Part shown: positions 28,653 through 38,221 of the stretch, in pieces
How the letters are laid out: each line of letters starts with the position of its first letter
Position numbering within the stretch: position 1 is the first letter of the stretch
Assembly (NCBI GenBank): GCA_040752415.1
Contig: JBFMGU010000021.1
Span: 1-64,000, forward strand
Source: Myxococcota bacterium
Lineage (GTDB): Bacteria > Myxococcota > JACRCW01
DNA length: 64,000 nucleotides
Reading direction: 5' to 3'
Notes under the pieces: generated by a model
Seen by the model: the letters and a program-made list of their open reading frames with translations, nothing else
Told to the model about the DNA's origin: nothing
Database searches by the model: none
Made by a program: the position numbers and the translations under genes

Positions 28653-30421
28653 GGTGCGGGCTCCGGCTGGAAGCACGAGATGTGCTCTTCCGTCCTGGTG
28701 GCGTCGTGGACGGTCTGGCTCGTGCACATCACGGGCGCGTTGCCGTCCCACCCGAGGCCCGCGGGTTGCTTCAGCGGGTTGAGCAAGGAAAGGTAGATGT
28801 TCATGGGAGGTTCCATGTGCAACGGGTTGCCGCTGGCGTCGAAGTCCACGCGGAACAGCAGGGAGCCGTCGTCGGTTGTCATGAGCAGGTAGGCCGGCCC
28901 GGACGCCCCCACCGGTGGCGCCACGCTCCAACGCGCTGATCTCGCCTGGTTGCACGTGACTTCATGCGTGAGCAGGTTGTTGGCGGTGACGCCCGTGCCG
29001 GAGCCGCTCTGCGGCATTTCGAGGAAGCGCACCACGGTGGGGGCCGAAGGGGCCGCCCCGCAATCGACGTTGACCGCGGCGGCCATGATGAGGCGACCGG
29101 ACCGGGCCTGCAGCACCGCAAACGAACGCCTGGCTCCCGCCAACACGGGTTGCAGCGGCGGGGTTGCCTGGATTGGCCAGTTGTCCGCCGCCTGGCCACT
29201 GTTGAACAGGAACCAGTTGGGCGCAGGCGCGGCGGGTGCGTGCGCGATCACGAGCGCCTTGTTGTCGCCCGGATCCAGGACGCCCTGGATCTGCCATTCA
29301 GTGCCCGAGGGCATGACCTTGTTCATCAGCGGTGTGGTGTTGGACGTTGCCGAGACAACATACAGCCTGTCTGGCGTGCCCTTCACAACCGCCGCAACCC
29401 GGGTGTCGCCACTCGCCGCGGCGTGCGGCCCCAGGACCACGTAGTCACCAAGAGCCGCCGCGGTCGTCGGAAGGTCGTCCGTGGTGATGTCCTCGTCGCC
29501 AGTGCCGTACAGCTCTGCCTGGCCGCTGACGTTGTTCACGCGGTAGCGCCCGGCATTGATGAGCTGATCCGTGGCGTCGGAGCTGTTGACCCCGGCGGAG
29601 ACCCGCAGCAGCGCTGGGCCGGCCCACGCAACCGTCACGGAGTCCAGGTCCCGCGTGTAGATGTTGTTGCCCGGCGAGGTGACGAACTGGGCCGTGTTGG
29701 TGCCCGCGAACGCGGTGCCGTTCCAGACCACGCCCGCCACGATGTGCTGCGACGTCTGGTAGGGGATGGGCACGAAGACCGAGAAATGAGGAGATGAGGC
29801 GGGGTCGCCGCCAATCCACAGGCGCGGGCCCGCAGAGACACCGGTCACGTTGGAGCTCCAGGGAACAACGGCCGCCGTGGCGAACCCCGGGTGCGTGGCC
29901 ATCGTCCAACACTGCTGGCCCCAGCACGCGTCCTCCGGGTTGCACTGGCCCCCGCAGGGGTCGCCGCTGGACGAGCTGGAGGCGCTCGAGGCGCTGGACG
30001 AGGCTGCGGAGGACGCGGAGCTGGCAGCCCCCGAAGACGAGGTGGAGGTCACCGCAGCCGAGGTGGACGTGGAGGCGGCCCCCGACGAGGAGGTCCTGCC
30101 CCCCGACGAGCTCGAGGCGCTGGAAGACGCCGAGCCGCTGGCTGCTCCGCTGCTGGTAGAAGCGCTGGCCACCGCCGAGGTTGCCGTGCCGCTGGTGACG
30201 GAGGCACTGCTGCTCTGCAGCCCCGTTGATGAACTGCCGGAGCTGGACGACGCGGGCGCTCCCGAAGAGCCGCTGCTGGTGGATGCGCCGGACGCGTCGG
30301 AGGTGACGCATTGCTCCGGGTTGGCCTCACAGAATCCGACGCCCGCCGCCTGCCCCAGGACGAAGCACCCCGAGCCCAGTGGCAGGGTCACCAACAGCAC
30401 TGCCCATTGCCTTGTCGTCAT
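28649..30421 (-). CDS. Lipoprotein with ~110-aa Ser-rich linker and unknown beta-rich domain
   Basis: LVTLPLGSGC lipobox-like start; poly-Ser/Ala/Thr linker ending SSSSGDPC. Confidence 0.78.
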   Translation of the reverse strand: MTTRQWAVLLVTLPLGSGCFVLGQAAGVGFCEANPEQCVTSDASGASTSSGSSGAPASSSSGSSSTGLQSSSASVTSGTATSAVASASTSSGAASGSASSSASSSSGGRTSSSGAASTSTSAAVTSTSSSGAASSASSAASSSASSASSSSSGDPCGGQCNPEDACWGQQCWTMATHPGFATAAVVPWSSNVTGVSAGPRLWIGGDPASSPHFSVFVPIPYQTSQHIVAGVVWNGTAFAGTNTAQFVTSPGNNIYTRDLDSVTVAWAGPALLRVSAGVNSSDATDQLINAGRYRVNNVSGQAELYGTGDEDITTDDLPTTAAALGDYVVLGPHAAASGDTRVAAVVKGTPDRLYVVSATSNTTPLMNKVMPSGTEWQIQGVLDPGDNKALVIAHAPAAPAPNWFLFNSGQAADNWPIQATPPLQPVLAGARRSFAVLQARSGRLIMAAAVNVDCGAAPSAPTVVRFLEMPQSGSGTGVTANNLLTHEVTCNQARSARWSVAPPVGASGPAYLLMTTDDGSLLFRVDFDASGNPLHMEPPMNIYLSLLNPLKQPAGLGWDGNAPVMCTSQTVHDATRTEEHISCFQPEPAP

Positions 30422-30448
30422 GGTGCCGGGTGATAGCACAGTCCGGCG

Positions 30449-31495
30449 TCAGCCAGCCTCCACGCTGTCCAACACCAGGCCCTTCTTGCCCAGTGCGCGC
30501 GAGAGCTCACCGCGGGAGGAGGTGACGAAGTCAATGGCCTCCTTGTTCCCGCCGCTGAGGGTCAACTTCACACGCCGCTTGTCGTCGACCTTGACGTCGA
30601 GGATCAGGCCGGCCAGCACACCCTCCTTGAGCTCCATGCGCATCATGGCGGAGCCGTCGGGGGCGGCGCCCAGGTAGAAGTTGTCCAGGAGCTTCTCGCA
30701 CAGCTTCTGGATGGCCGCGGTGCGCTCCGCGCGCTCGACGGAGGCCGCCGAGGGGCGCGTCTTCTGCTCCACCTCACTGACCTCCCGACCACCCTGCTGC
30801 TTGTTGCTGCCGTTGCCCTGGTCTCCGCCCTGCCCGCCGCCACCGTGACGACGTCCATCCGCATCCACGCGGGTCTGGGGCACGTTGGCCTGCTGCGCCC
30901 CTTGCGCCTGCTGCGCCTCCTGGCGGGCCTCGGCGCGGGCAGCCTGGGTGTCCTTCTCGCGGACCTCGTCCTTGTCGTCCATCTCCTTGGCGCGGCTCTT
31001 CTCCTGGGAGCGGGACAGGCCCTGGGCCTCGTCGCGGTTGCTGGAGAGCGCGCGGCCGGACTCCTGGCTCTGCGCGGCGGCCTTCTCCATGTCGCGGTGG
31101 AGGGCAGCGGACTGCTGGCCAAACAGCGGCACGCGGGGACGCTCCGGCATCTTGGCGTTCTGCTGGGCGGCCTGCTGTCGCACGTGCGCAAGAACTGCGG
31201 ATTCCTTCTTGGTCTCCTGCGCACCCTTCTTGGCCACCTGGGCCTTGCCCTTCTGGGCCGCCTGCTGCGCCTGGGCCTGCTCCCGACCCGCCTGGCCGGC
31301 CTTCTCCTGCGCCACCTGCTTGCCCTGGGCCTCATGCTGCGCGGCCTTGCCCTGCTGCTCCTTGACCTGGCGGTCCTGCTGCAGGCGCTTCTCGAACGCG
31401 GCCTTGGATTGCCGCTTCTCCTCTTCGCTCTTCTCGGTCTGGCGCTTTTCATCCGCCTGCTGGACCGCGTGATCCACCCACCGGACTTCGCTCAT
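30449..31495 (-). CDS. FliK/SctP-like length-control (ruler) protein
   Basis: Long Q/K/A/E-rich low-complexity region, then a compact C-terminal domain MRMELKEGVLAGLILDVKVDDKRRVKLTL....RGELSRALGKKGLVL resembling FliK_C. Confidence 0.65.
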   Translation of the reverse strand: MSEVRWVDHAVQQADEKRQTEKSEEEKRQSKAAFEKRLQQDRQVKEQQGKAAQHEAQGKQVAQEKAGQAGREQAQAQQAAQKGKAQVAKKGAQETKKESAVLAHVRQQAAQQNAKMPERPRVPLFGQQSAALHRDMEKAAAQSQESGRALSSNRDEAQGLSRSQEKSRAKEMDDKDEVREKDTQAARAEARQEAQQAQGAQQANVPQTRVDADGRRHGGGGQGGDQGNGSNKQQGGREVSEVEQKTRPSAASVERAERTAAIQKLCEKLLDNFYLGAAPDGSAMMRMELKEGVLAGLILDVKVDDKRRVKLTLSGGNKEAIDFVTSSRGELSRALGKKGLVLDSVEAG

Positions 31496-31582
31496 GGCTT
31501 CATGTTCGTCCGCCCCGTGGCGTTCGTCCACCGGGCCACCTTCCGTTGAAGCCCAAGCCGGCCGGGCCTACAACCCGTCTTC

Positions 31583-32878
31583 ATGCGCAAATTCCTCCCC
31601 CTGACGCGCCTCGGCGCCCCCCTGTGCCTCAGCCTCCTTGCCGCCTGCACCCCCACCAGTGAGACCCCGGATGCGGGCGGTGGCTCCACGTCGTCCTCGT
31701 CGTCATCCGGCGCGGCCAGCAGCAGCAGCGGCGCGGCCAGCTCCTCCAGCGGGGAGAGCTCGTCCAGCAACGGGGGCAGCACCAGCTCGTCCTCGTCGGG
31801 GACGGCCAGCTCCTCCTCCGGCGCGGCCAGCAGCTCCTCCAGCAGCAGCGGCACCTGTCCGCTCCCGCCCTTCACGCTGTGCGACGGCATCAACCCCGAC
31901 GGCGTGGACCGCACCGTGGTGACGCAGGGCGGCGGCGCACTGGGCGTGGATGGCCTGGTGACCGTGGGCATGACGCGCGCGGAGGTGCGGGCGGCCTTTG
32001 GCGCCGACGAGGAACGGCTCATCCCCGGCGAGAACGGCGGCGCCAGCCCGCTGCCCTTCCGCGTGTTCTACTGCGAGAAGCGCATCAGCGTGTCCTACGG
32101 CGACACCGCCGACGGCAGCGGCAACCTGGCGGGCACCCTCTCCGACGACGACGTGGTCAACCGCGTGGCGTTCTTCGACGGGTTCGCCGGGCACACCGAC
32201 ACCAACATCGTCCTGGGCGACCCGCGCACCGAGGTGAGCGACGCGTATGGCGTGCTGGGTCGCGTGGAGGCGGGGCTGGAGGCGCTGGATGGACGCATGG
32301 ACGCGTATCCCGCCGACGGCGTGGTGTTCACCCACGATGGGACCAACGTCACGGCCATTGCGGTGCACGCTCCGTACGACGGGAACGCCACGCCCACGCC
32401 GCTGAACCCGCCGCTCGACCTGGACCAGCTGAAGCTGGGGAACATCACCGCGGGCTTCCTGGGCGGGACCAGCTTCGGCTCGGCGAAGACCGCGCTGGGC
32501 ACCCCCGACGTGGAAGGGTTTGCCACGGTGGAAGGACAGCAGATTGCGCTGCTGGGCTACAGCAACCTGGGCATCCGGCTCGTGGCGTACAAGAGCGGTG
32601 AGGACATCGACAGCCAGTCCACGCTGCAGGCGTATCTGACGCCGCCGTTTGCCGGGGAGGACACGGCCACGGTGATTGGCATCGGCGCGACGAAGGCGGA
32701 GTTCGACGCAGCCTACGATGACGACGGCGCCGTGGATTTCCAGGGCGTGACGCTCCAGAAGTACGTGGTGTCGGGGAGCGGCTTCACCGCCAAGCGTATC
32801 GCGGTGAGCTTCATCCAGGACGAGACGTGCACGCAGCGCGCGGCGCTCATCGTGCTGAACTGGGTTGACGCGCCCTGA
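31583..32878 (+). CDS. Lipoprotein with Ser-rich linker and repeated small alpha/beta domains
   Basis: LSLLAAC lipobox; poly-Ser linker; repeats VGMTRAEVRAAFG / LGDPRTEVSDAYG / IGATKAEFDAAY. Confidence 0.82.
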   Translation: MRKFLPLTRLGAPLCLSLLAACTPTSETPDAGGGSTSSSSSSGAASSSSGAASSSSGESSSSNGGSTSSSSSGTASSSSGAASSSSSSSGTCPLPPFTLCDGINPDGVDRTVVTQGGGALGVDGLVTVGMTRAEVRAAFGADEERLIPGENGGASPLPFRVFYCEKRISVSYGDTADGSGNLAGTLSDDDVVNRVAFFDGFAGHTDTNIVLGDPRTEVSDAYGVLGRVEAGLEALDGRMDAYPADGVVFTHDGTNVTAIAVHAPYDGNATPTPLNPPLDLDQLKLGNITAGFLGGTSFGSAKTALGTPDVEGFATVEGQQIALLGYSNLGIRLVAYKSGEDIDSQSTLQAYLTPPFAGEDTATVIGIGATKAEFDAAYDDDGAVDFQGVTLQKYVVSGSGFTAKRIAVSFIQDETCTQRAALIVLNWVDAP

Positions 32879-32947
32879 GCCGCCAGCCTGACGCCCCCGG
32901 CCACCTCCGCACCGGGGAGCGTCGCGCGGTCTCCGGTCAGCTCGAGA

Positions 32948-33073
32948 GAAAGCGGTACTTCATACCGCAGTCCGAAAGTGGCCGGCCGCACTGGCTTCCG
33001 AGGTCCGGAGGGCCGGCACGGACGGCTCTCCGACGTCGCGAAGCCAAAGCGGTAATGCTGACCGCACTCCCAA
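32948..33073. repeat. Two direct copies of a REP-like palindrome
   Basis: AAAGCGGT-ACTTCAT-ACCGCAGTCC (32949) and AAAGCGGT-AATGCTG-ACCGCACTCC (33046); between convergent genes. Confidence 0.75.
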
Positions 33074-33121
33074 GGGCGGCCGGACCTTGGCCCGCTCCGT
33101 CGGGGCCGGCCGCCTGCGCGA

Positions 33122-34609
33122 CTACAGCTTGGCGGCGCCGCCGTCCTTCTTGGCGCCCAAGGCCTGGATCGGCTCGTCGCTGAACTCGTCCGCGCTCTGG
33201 GGCAGGTCCTCCAGACGCTTCGCATCCACCGCGCCCACGCTGGTCCCGCCCTTCGCCATCACAAAGACCTCACCACCCTCCTCCCTGCCGAACAGGAACG
33301 TCACCAGCTCCCCACCCTTGCCGTCCTGCAACAGCACCGTCCGCATCGGCTTGTCCAGGCCGTAGGTGGCCAGCAGGTCCGCCGGTGCCGGTGAGGGCAC
33401 ACCCTCCTTCACAAAGCGCTTCATCTTGAAGTTCGCCAGCGTGTACAGCAGCGACGTGGCCTTCCACGCCCGCGCCGGCGCGTCCTTCGGCTCACTCACG
33501 CGCCACACCTCGGTGCCGCCACCGTCGGCCAGGCTCTTCACCAGCGTCAGCTTCCCGCCGCCGGGCAGCGTGGCGCTGATCGTCGTCACCAGGTCGCGGT
33601 CAAAGTCCAGCAGGCGCTTGTCACGCAGCGTGAACAGGTCCTTGCGCAATGAGTTGAAGTCCGTCTCCGAGACCTCCGCCACGTTCGGGACGTCCGCGCG
33701 CTTGGCGTAGTGCTTCTTCACCCCGCCACTCTCCACCTTGCCAAACAGCAGCGTGCGCTCCGTGCCCGCCAGGTTCAGCTTCACCGTGATGTCCGGCTCC
33801 ACCAGGTTCCACCTGGCCAGCTCCGCCGCCGTCTCGTCGACGAACGCCAACGCCTTGAGCCCGGTCAGGTTGCCCGCCACCTTGCCCAGCTCCTCGCGGT
33901 CGCCCGGCGCGGCCACCGGCGTGACGAGCTTCCAGCCATCCTCGTATTTGTGCTTGCCCGCCTCGCCCTCACGCGTGACCTTGAAGCTGATGGCGTCGTC
34001 GGTGGGCTGCTTCTGGAGGACCTCCAGCGCGTCAATGCTGGTGGCGGCCTCGGTGATGAGCCGCTTCTCCCGCATCTCGAACAGGCTCTTCTGGAACGCG
34101 CCCAGGTTGTAGCTCACCGTCACCGCCACGGGCGCCTTGGCCGCGTCCTCGCCGGCGCGCACGTACTGCCCGTCGTCAAAGGGGCTCTTGTTGCCGGCGT
34201 GCAGCTGGTAGGTCTTCCCGTCCTTGGTGGTGACGCTGACGGTGGTCTCCGGCGCGCTGAGCCCCACCGTGGCGGGGTCCAGCTCGCCCTCCGCAAACCG
34301 CGTCCGCAGGCGCAGGTTGGCCAGGGCGGTGGCCATGCCGGTCCAGATGGCGTCGTCGGCGGGGGCCACCATGGGCTCGGTGAGCTTCCACCCCTCGGCG
34401 GTGCGCTCGGCCACGGCGTGTACCTGCGCGTTGGTGACGTCGACCTTCTGGATGTCGTCGGCCTTGAGGTCAAAGGCGAGCTTCTCCTTCTCCTTGCGCT
34501 CGCTCTCACCCTGGCGGGACTTCTTGTCCCAGTACGCCAGGCCCGCCGCGCCGCCCGCCAACGCCACGAACACCGCCCCGGTCAGCAGCGACTTCTGGAT
34601 CTGGTTCAT
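33122..34609 (-). CDS. DUF4340-domain protein (accessory to Gld-like ABC system)
   Basis: N-terminal TM, three repeats of 'W.L.EP...PAD...GL..P' with 'LRDKRLL' junctions; last gene of the ABC operon. Confidence 0.85.
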   Translation of the reverse strand: MNQIQKSLLTGAVFVALAGGAAGLAYWDKKSRQGESERKEKEKLAFDLKADDIQKVDVTNAQVHAVAERTAEGWKLTEPMVAPADDAIWTGMATALANLRLRTRFAEGELDPATVGLSAPETTVSVTTKDGKTYQLHAGNKSPFDDGQYVRAGEDAAKAPVAVTVSYNLGAFQKSLFEMREKRLITEAATSIDALEVLQKQPTDDAISFKVTREGEAGKHKYEDGWKLVTPVAAPGDREELGKVAGNLTGLKALAFVDETAAELARWNLVEPDITVKLNLAGTERTLLFGKVESGGVKKHYAKRADVPNVAEVSETDFNSLRKDLFTLRDKRLLDFDRDLVTTISATLPGGGKLTLVKSLADGGGTEVWRVSEPKDAPARAWKATSLLYTLANFKMKRFVKEGVPSPAPADLLATYGLDKPMRTVLLQDGKGGELVTFLFGREEGGEVFVMAKGGTSVGAVDAKRLEDLPQSADEFSDEPIQALGAKKDGGAAKL

Positions 34610-34626
34610 GAGCTACCTGCCCTCCC

Positions 34627-36165
34627 TCACCGACGTCGACGCACCAGCCAGATGCCCAGCCCGAACGCCAGCAGCGTCACCGGCATGCCATCCAGCGCAA
34701 AGAACGCAATGAACGCTTCCTGCGTGGGCGTCAGCACAATGCGGCTGGCCCCACGGGTCTTGGGCCGGATGCTGATCTTGGCCTCCTCCTCCGCCAGGTA
34801 GGCCACGCTGTTGAGCAGCAGGTCCCGGTTGGCGCCCAGCACGCGGTACTGGTTGGTGGCCACGTCGACGTCACCAAAGACCATCAGGCGCGTCTGCACC
34901 GCCGCCTTGTCCTCACCCTCCGGCGCGCCGCCCGTCTCAGCCAGGCCAATGAGCGGCACCGGACCGCGCAGCTCGCCGTCGTTCCACTGCCAGTCACCCT
35001 CGGTCAGCTTGGTCTCACCCCAGGAGCGCGGGTGGCTGTAGGCCAGGGAGGTGACGGTGATCTTCTCGTCGCCGGGGAGCGTGGTGACGGAGCGCGCGCT
35101 CCTTAAGACGCTGGCGGTGCCCTCCATGCCCTCCATGGACTTGTGCGGCTCGTACTGGAAGATGATGGCCGCGTCGGGGCCCTGGCCAAAGAGCCGACCG
35201 AACTGGCTGGCATCCAGCACCGTGTTGTTGCCCAGCTCGAGCCGGTAGGACTTCAGCACGTCCTCCAGTCCCGTGGTCACGCCCGGCTCCACCATCACCA
35301 GCAGTTTCCCGCCCTTCTGCAGGAAGCCCTTGATGAGCTCCACCTCCGGCGGGAAGAGCGGCTGGCGCGGCCCCATGACCACGAGCACGCCGGTGTCCTC
35401 CGGGATCTTCTGCGCGTCGACGAGGTTGAGGCCCGCCACGTCGTACCCCTCGCTGCCCAGGTCCTGCACCGTGGCCTTGATGCCGTCGGCGTCCTCGCTC
35501 TCCAGGCCGGGCTCGCCGTGGCCCTGCGTCAGGTACAGCTTCTTCTTGGCGCGCTGGCTGACCTGCACAATGGCGTTGGTGAGCGCCTCCTCGCCGATCT
35601 CCTTGACGCGCGCCTCCTGGCCCCGGCTCTCCACGATGATGCGCGGGCTCTGCTCGGTGACCTTGTACTTCTCGACGAGCTGCGGGTTCTGGTCGGGGTT
35701 GACCAGGGTGAGCTTCACCTTGTCGGAGAGGATCTCGTAGCGGTCCACCAGGTCATCCAGCGCCTCACCTTCCGGCTCATCCTTGCGGAAGAACGCGGTG
35801 ACCAGCACCGGCTCGCTCAGTTGCTGCAGCGCCTTCTGGGTCTGGTCGCTGAGGGTGAACACCTGGTCCTTGGTGAGGTCCACCTCCTTCTTGTGGGAGG
35901 CCGCCAGGTAGTTGATGGCACCGAAGATGACGCCCAGGCCCAGGGTCATGACGACGGAAGTGGTGACGAACGTGGTGCTCTTCTTGGACACCGCGTTGCG
36001 CACGCCCTCCCAGTTGAGCGCCAGCGCGGCCAGCACCATGCCCAGGCCCACGCTGATCTTTCCCCAGAGCAGCAGGCTGTCCAACGGGAAGAAGAAGATG
36101 GTCAGCAGGCAGGTCACCAGGACCACGCCGCCGACGACACCCATCATGATCGAAGCGATTCTCAT
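34627..36165 (-). CDS. GldG-like ABC transporter auxiliary component
   Basis: DLTKDQVFTLSDQT, YLTQGHGE, FLQKGGKLLVMVEP, NRDLLLNSVAYL, C-terminal TM + RRRR. Confidence 0.88.
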   Translation of the reverse strand: MRIASIMMGVVGGVVLVTCLLTIFFFPLDSLLLWGKISVGLGMVLAALALNWEGVRNAVSKKSTTFVTTSVVMTLGLGVIFGAINYLAASHKKEVDLTKDQVFTLSDQTQKALQQLSEPVLVTAFFRKDEPEGEALDDLVDRYEILSDKVKLTLVNPDQNPQLVEKYKVTEQSPRIIVESRGQEARVKEIGEEALTNAIVQVSQRAKKKLYLTQGHGEPGLESEDADGIKATVQDLGSEGYDVAGLNLVDAQKIPEDTGVLVVMGPRQPLFPPEVELIKGFLQKGGKLLVMVEPGVTTGLEDVLKSYRLELGNNTVLDASQFGRLFGQGPDAAIIFQYEPHKSMEGMEGTASVLRSARSVTTLPGDEKITVTSLAYSHPRSWGETKLTEGDWQWNDGELRGPVPLIGLAETGGAPEGEDKAAVQTRLMVFGDVDVATNQYRVLGANRDLLLNSVAYLAEEEAKISIRPKTRGASRIVLTPTQEAFIAFFALDGMPVTLLAFGLGIWLVRRRR

Positions 36166-36183
36166 GGCAGTCCTCCGCGCCTT

Positions 36184-36981
36184 TCAGGTCCAGCGCTGGC
36201 TCTCGACCATCCGATTGGAGAGGAAGAGCGCGAGGAAGATGAAGGAGAGGAAGTAGACGAGGTCCGGCACGCTGAAGATGCCGCGCGCATAGGACTCGAT
36301 GTGGCTGAGGATGGAGATGTAGCTGAGCACCTCCCCCAGCGTTCCCTCGACGGAGGCGCCCACGCCACGCAACACCCAGAAGAACAGCAGCGCCATCATG
36401 CCAATCACCGCGGCGACGATCTGGTTGTCGGTCAACGACGAGGTGAACAGGCCCACCGCGCAGCAGGTTGCGCCCACCAGCGTGAGCCCGAGGAGACCGA
36501 GCCCCACGGTGCCCCAGTCCAGCGGTCCGCTGCTGCCGCTGCCGGCGCCAAAGACCTCGAGGAGGACGGGGTAGACCGCGGAGATGAGGGCCATGCACAG
36601 CACCATCACCACGCTGGCCAGGTACTTCCCGAGCACGATCTGCCAGGGCCGCACCGGCGAGGAGAGGAGCAGCTCCATGGTGCGGGTGCGTCGCTCCTCG
36701 GCAATGAGGCGCATGGTCAGCAGCGGCAGCACGAACAGGAAGATGATCTGCACGTAGCCCACGAAGAGCGGCGTGATGACGCGGTCATTGAAGTTCAACC
36801 GGTCCAACAGCTCAGGCCGCTGCATGTGGAGGAACTGCTGGCTCTCCAGCATGAAGCGCTGCAGGAAGCTCCAGAAGAAGATGGACGCCACCACGGTGAA
36901 CAGCGCGAACACCACGTACGCCACTGGCGTGGTGAAGTAGACGATCAGCTCTTTTCTCAGGATTCCCATCACCTGCCGCAT
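36184..36981 (-). CDS. GldF-like ABC-2 permease
   Basis: RKELIVYFTTPVAYVV, PLLTMRLIAEERRTRTMELLLSSPV..IVLGKY, SSLTDNQIVAA. Confidence 0.92.
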   Translation of the reverse strand: MRQVMGILRKELIVYFTTPVAYVVFALFTVVASIFFWSFLQRFMLESQQFLHMQRPELLDRLNFNDRVITPLFVGYVQIIFLFVLPLLTMRLIAEERRTRTMELLLSSPVRPWQIVLGKYLASVVMVLCMALISAVYPVLLEVFGAGSGSSGPLDWGTVGLGLLGLTLVGATCCAVGLFTSSLTDNQIVAAVIGMMALLFFWVLRGVGASVEGTLGEVLSYISILSHIESYARGIFSVPDLVYFLSFIFLALFLSNRMVESQRWT

Positions 36982-37015
36982 GGTTGCCTCGTTGGGGACT
37001 GGGGGGCCGGGTTGG

Positions 37016-37151
37016 AAAGGAAGTCAGGAGTCAGGAGTCAGAAGTCAGAAGGCGTACGGGATGTCGTCGTCGGAAGAACTCTCGGTACCGCCGGGGCCTT
37101 TCTTCTGACTTCTGACTTCTGACTTCTGACTCCTGACTCCTGACTTCCTTT
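37016..37151. repeat. Heptamer (AGTCAGR)n inverted-repeat element
   Basis: AAAGGA + 4 heptamers, ~50-nt spacer, 6 inverted heptamers + TCCTTTT; between ABC ATPase and permease genes. Confidence 0.92.
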
Positions 37152-37169
37152 TCTTGACGCTCCACCCCT

Positions 37170-37976
37170 TCATCCCGCCGTCAAATGCAAGAAGATCTCC
37201 TCCAGGCTCTTGCCCTGGTGCTTCTGGGTCAGGCCTTCCAGCGTGTCGTCGGCCACCACGCGACCACCGGCGATGATGATGGCCCGCTGGCACGTCATGG
37301 TGACCTCCTGGAGGATGTGCGTGCTCAGGATGACGGTGTGGTGACCGCCCAGCTCACGCACCAGCGCGCGCACCTCGTTGATCTGGCGCGGGTCCAGGCC
37401 CACGGTGGGCTCATCCAGGATGAGCACGTCCGGGTCACCCAGCAGTGCCTGCGCCAGGCCCACGCGCTGGCGGTAGCCCTTGGACAGGTTGCCGACGATG
37501 CGGCCGAGCACGTCATGCACGCCGGCGCGCTTGGACACGCGCTGGATCTCGTCCTCGAGGAAGGGGCCGCCCAGTCCCTTGAGGGAGCCGCCAAAGCGCA
37601 GCTGCTCGGCGACGGTGAGGTCCATGTAGACGGGCGGAAGCTCGGGCAGGTAGCCCACCTTGCGCTTGGTCTCCATGGGCGACTCGAAGACGTCCAGGCC
37701 GGCAATGCGCGCCACGCCGCTGGTGGCGGGGATGCAGCCGGTGAGGATGCGCATGGTGGTGGACTTGCCGGCGCCGTTGGGTCCCAGGAACCCGACGACC
37801 TCACCCTTGCGGACGGTGAAGTTGAGGTCCTGGATGGCGGGAACGTCCCGGTAGAACTTGGTCAGTCCCTGGACCTCCACCATGGCCTGCCCGACGCCGG
37901 ACGCGGTGCTTGCGCCAGGGGCGCCGTTGGGGGCGGGTGGCTCGTTGGAGGCTCCTGCTGCCACGGGCTGGTTCAT
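37170..37976 (-). CDS. GldA-like ABC transporter ATP-binding protein
   Basis: GPNGAGKST, LSKGYRQRVGLAQAL, LILDEPTVGLDP, STHIL; AGGAG RBS upstream. Confidence 0.95.
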   Translation of the reverse strand: MNQPVAAGASNEPPAPNGAPGASTASGVGQAMVEVQGLTKFYRDVPAIQDLNFTVRKGEVVGFLGPNGAGKSTTMRILTGCIPATSGVARIAGLDVFESPMETKRKVGYLPELPPVYMDLTVAEQLRFGGSLKGLGGPFLEDEIQRVSKRAGVHDVLGRIVGNLSKGYRQRVGLAQALLGDPDVLILDEPTVGLDPRQINEVRALVRELGGHHTVILSTHILQEVTMTCQRAIIIAGGRVVADDTLEGLTQKHQGKSLEEIFLHLTAG

Positions 37977-38221
37977 GGCCTTCTCCTGATGGCGCGCCGC
38001 CACGACCACGGACCAGGGGGCGGCGCGGGGCGGGGAAGGTAGTGCTCTTTGGGAACCTGTCAACCGGCCCCCGTGACGGCGACGGGCGGCGCCGGTCCCG
38101 CCGCGGAAGCCGGGTCGCCGTGACCTCCAACGTGGCGGGAACCCACGTCGCACGGGCCGGGAAGCCTCGACCCAGTGGAGACAGTTGGGGGAACGTCCCA
38201 CCCGAACCCCGCCGCATCCCG

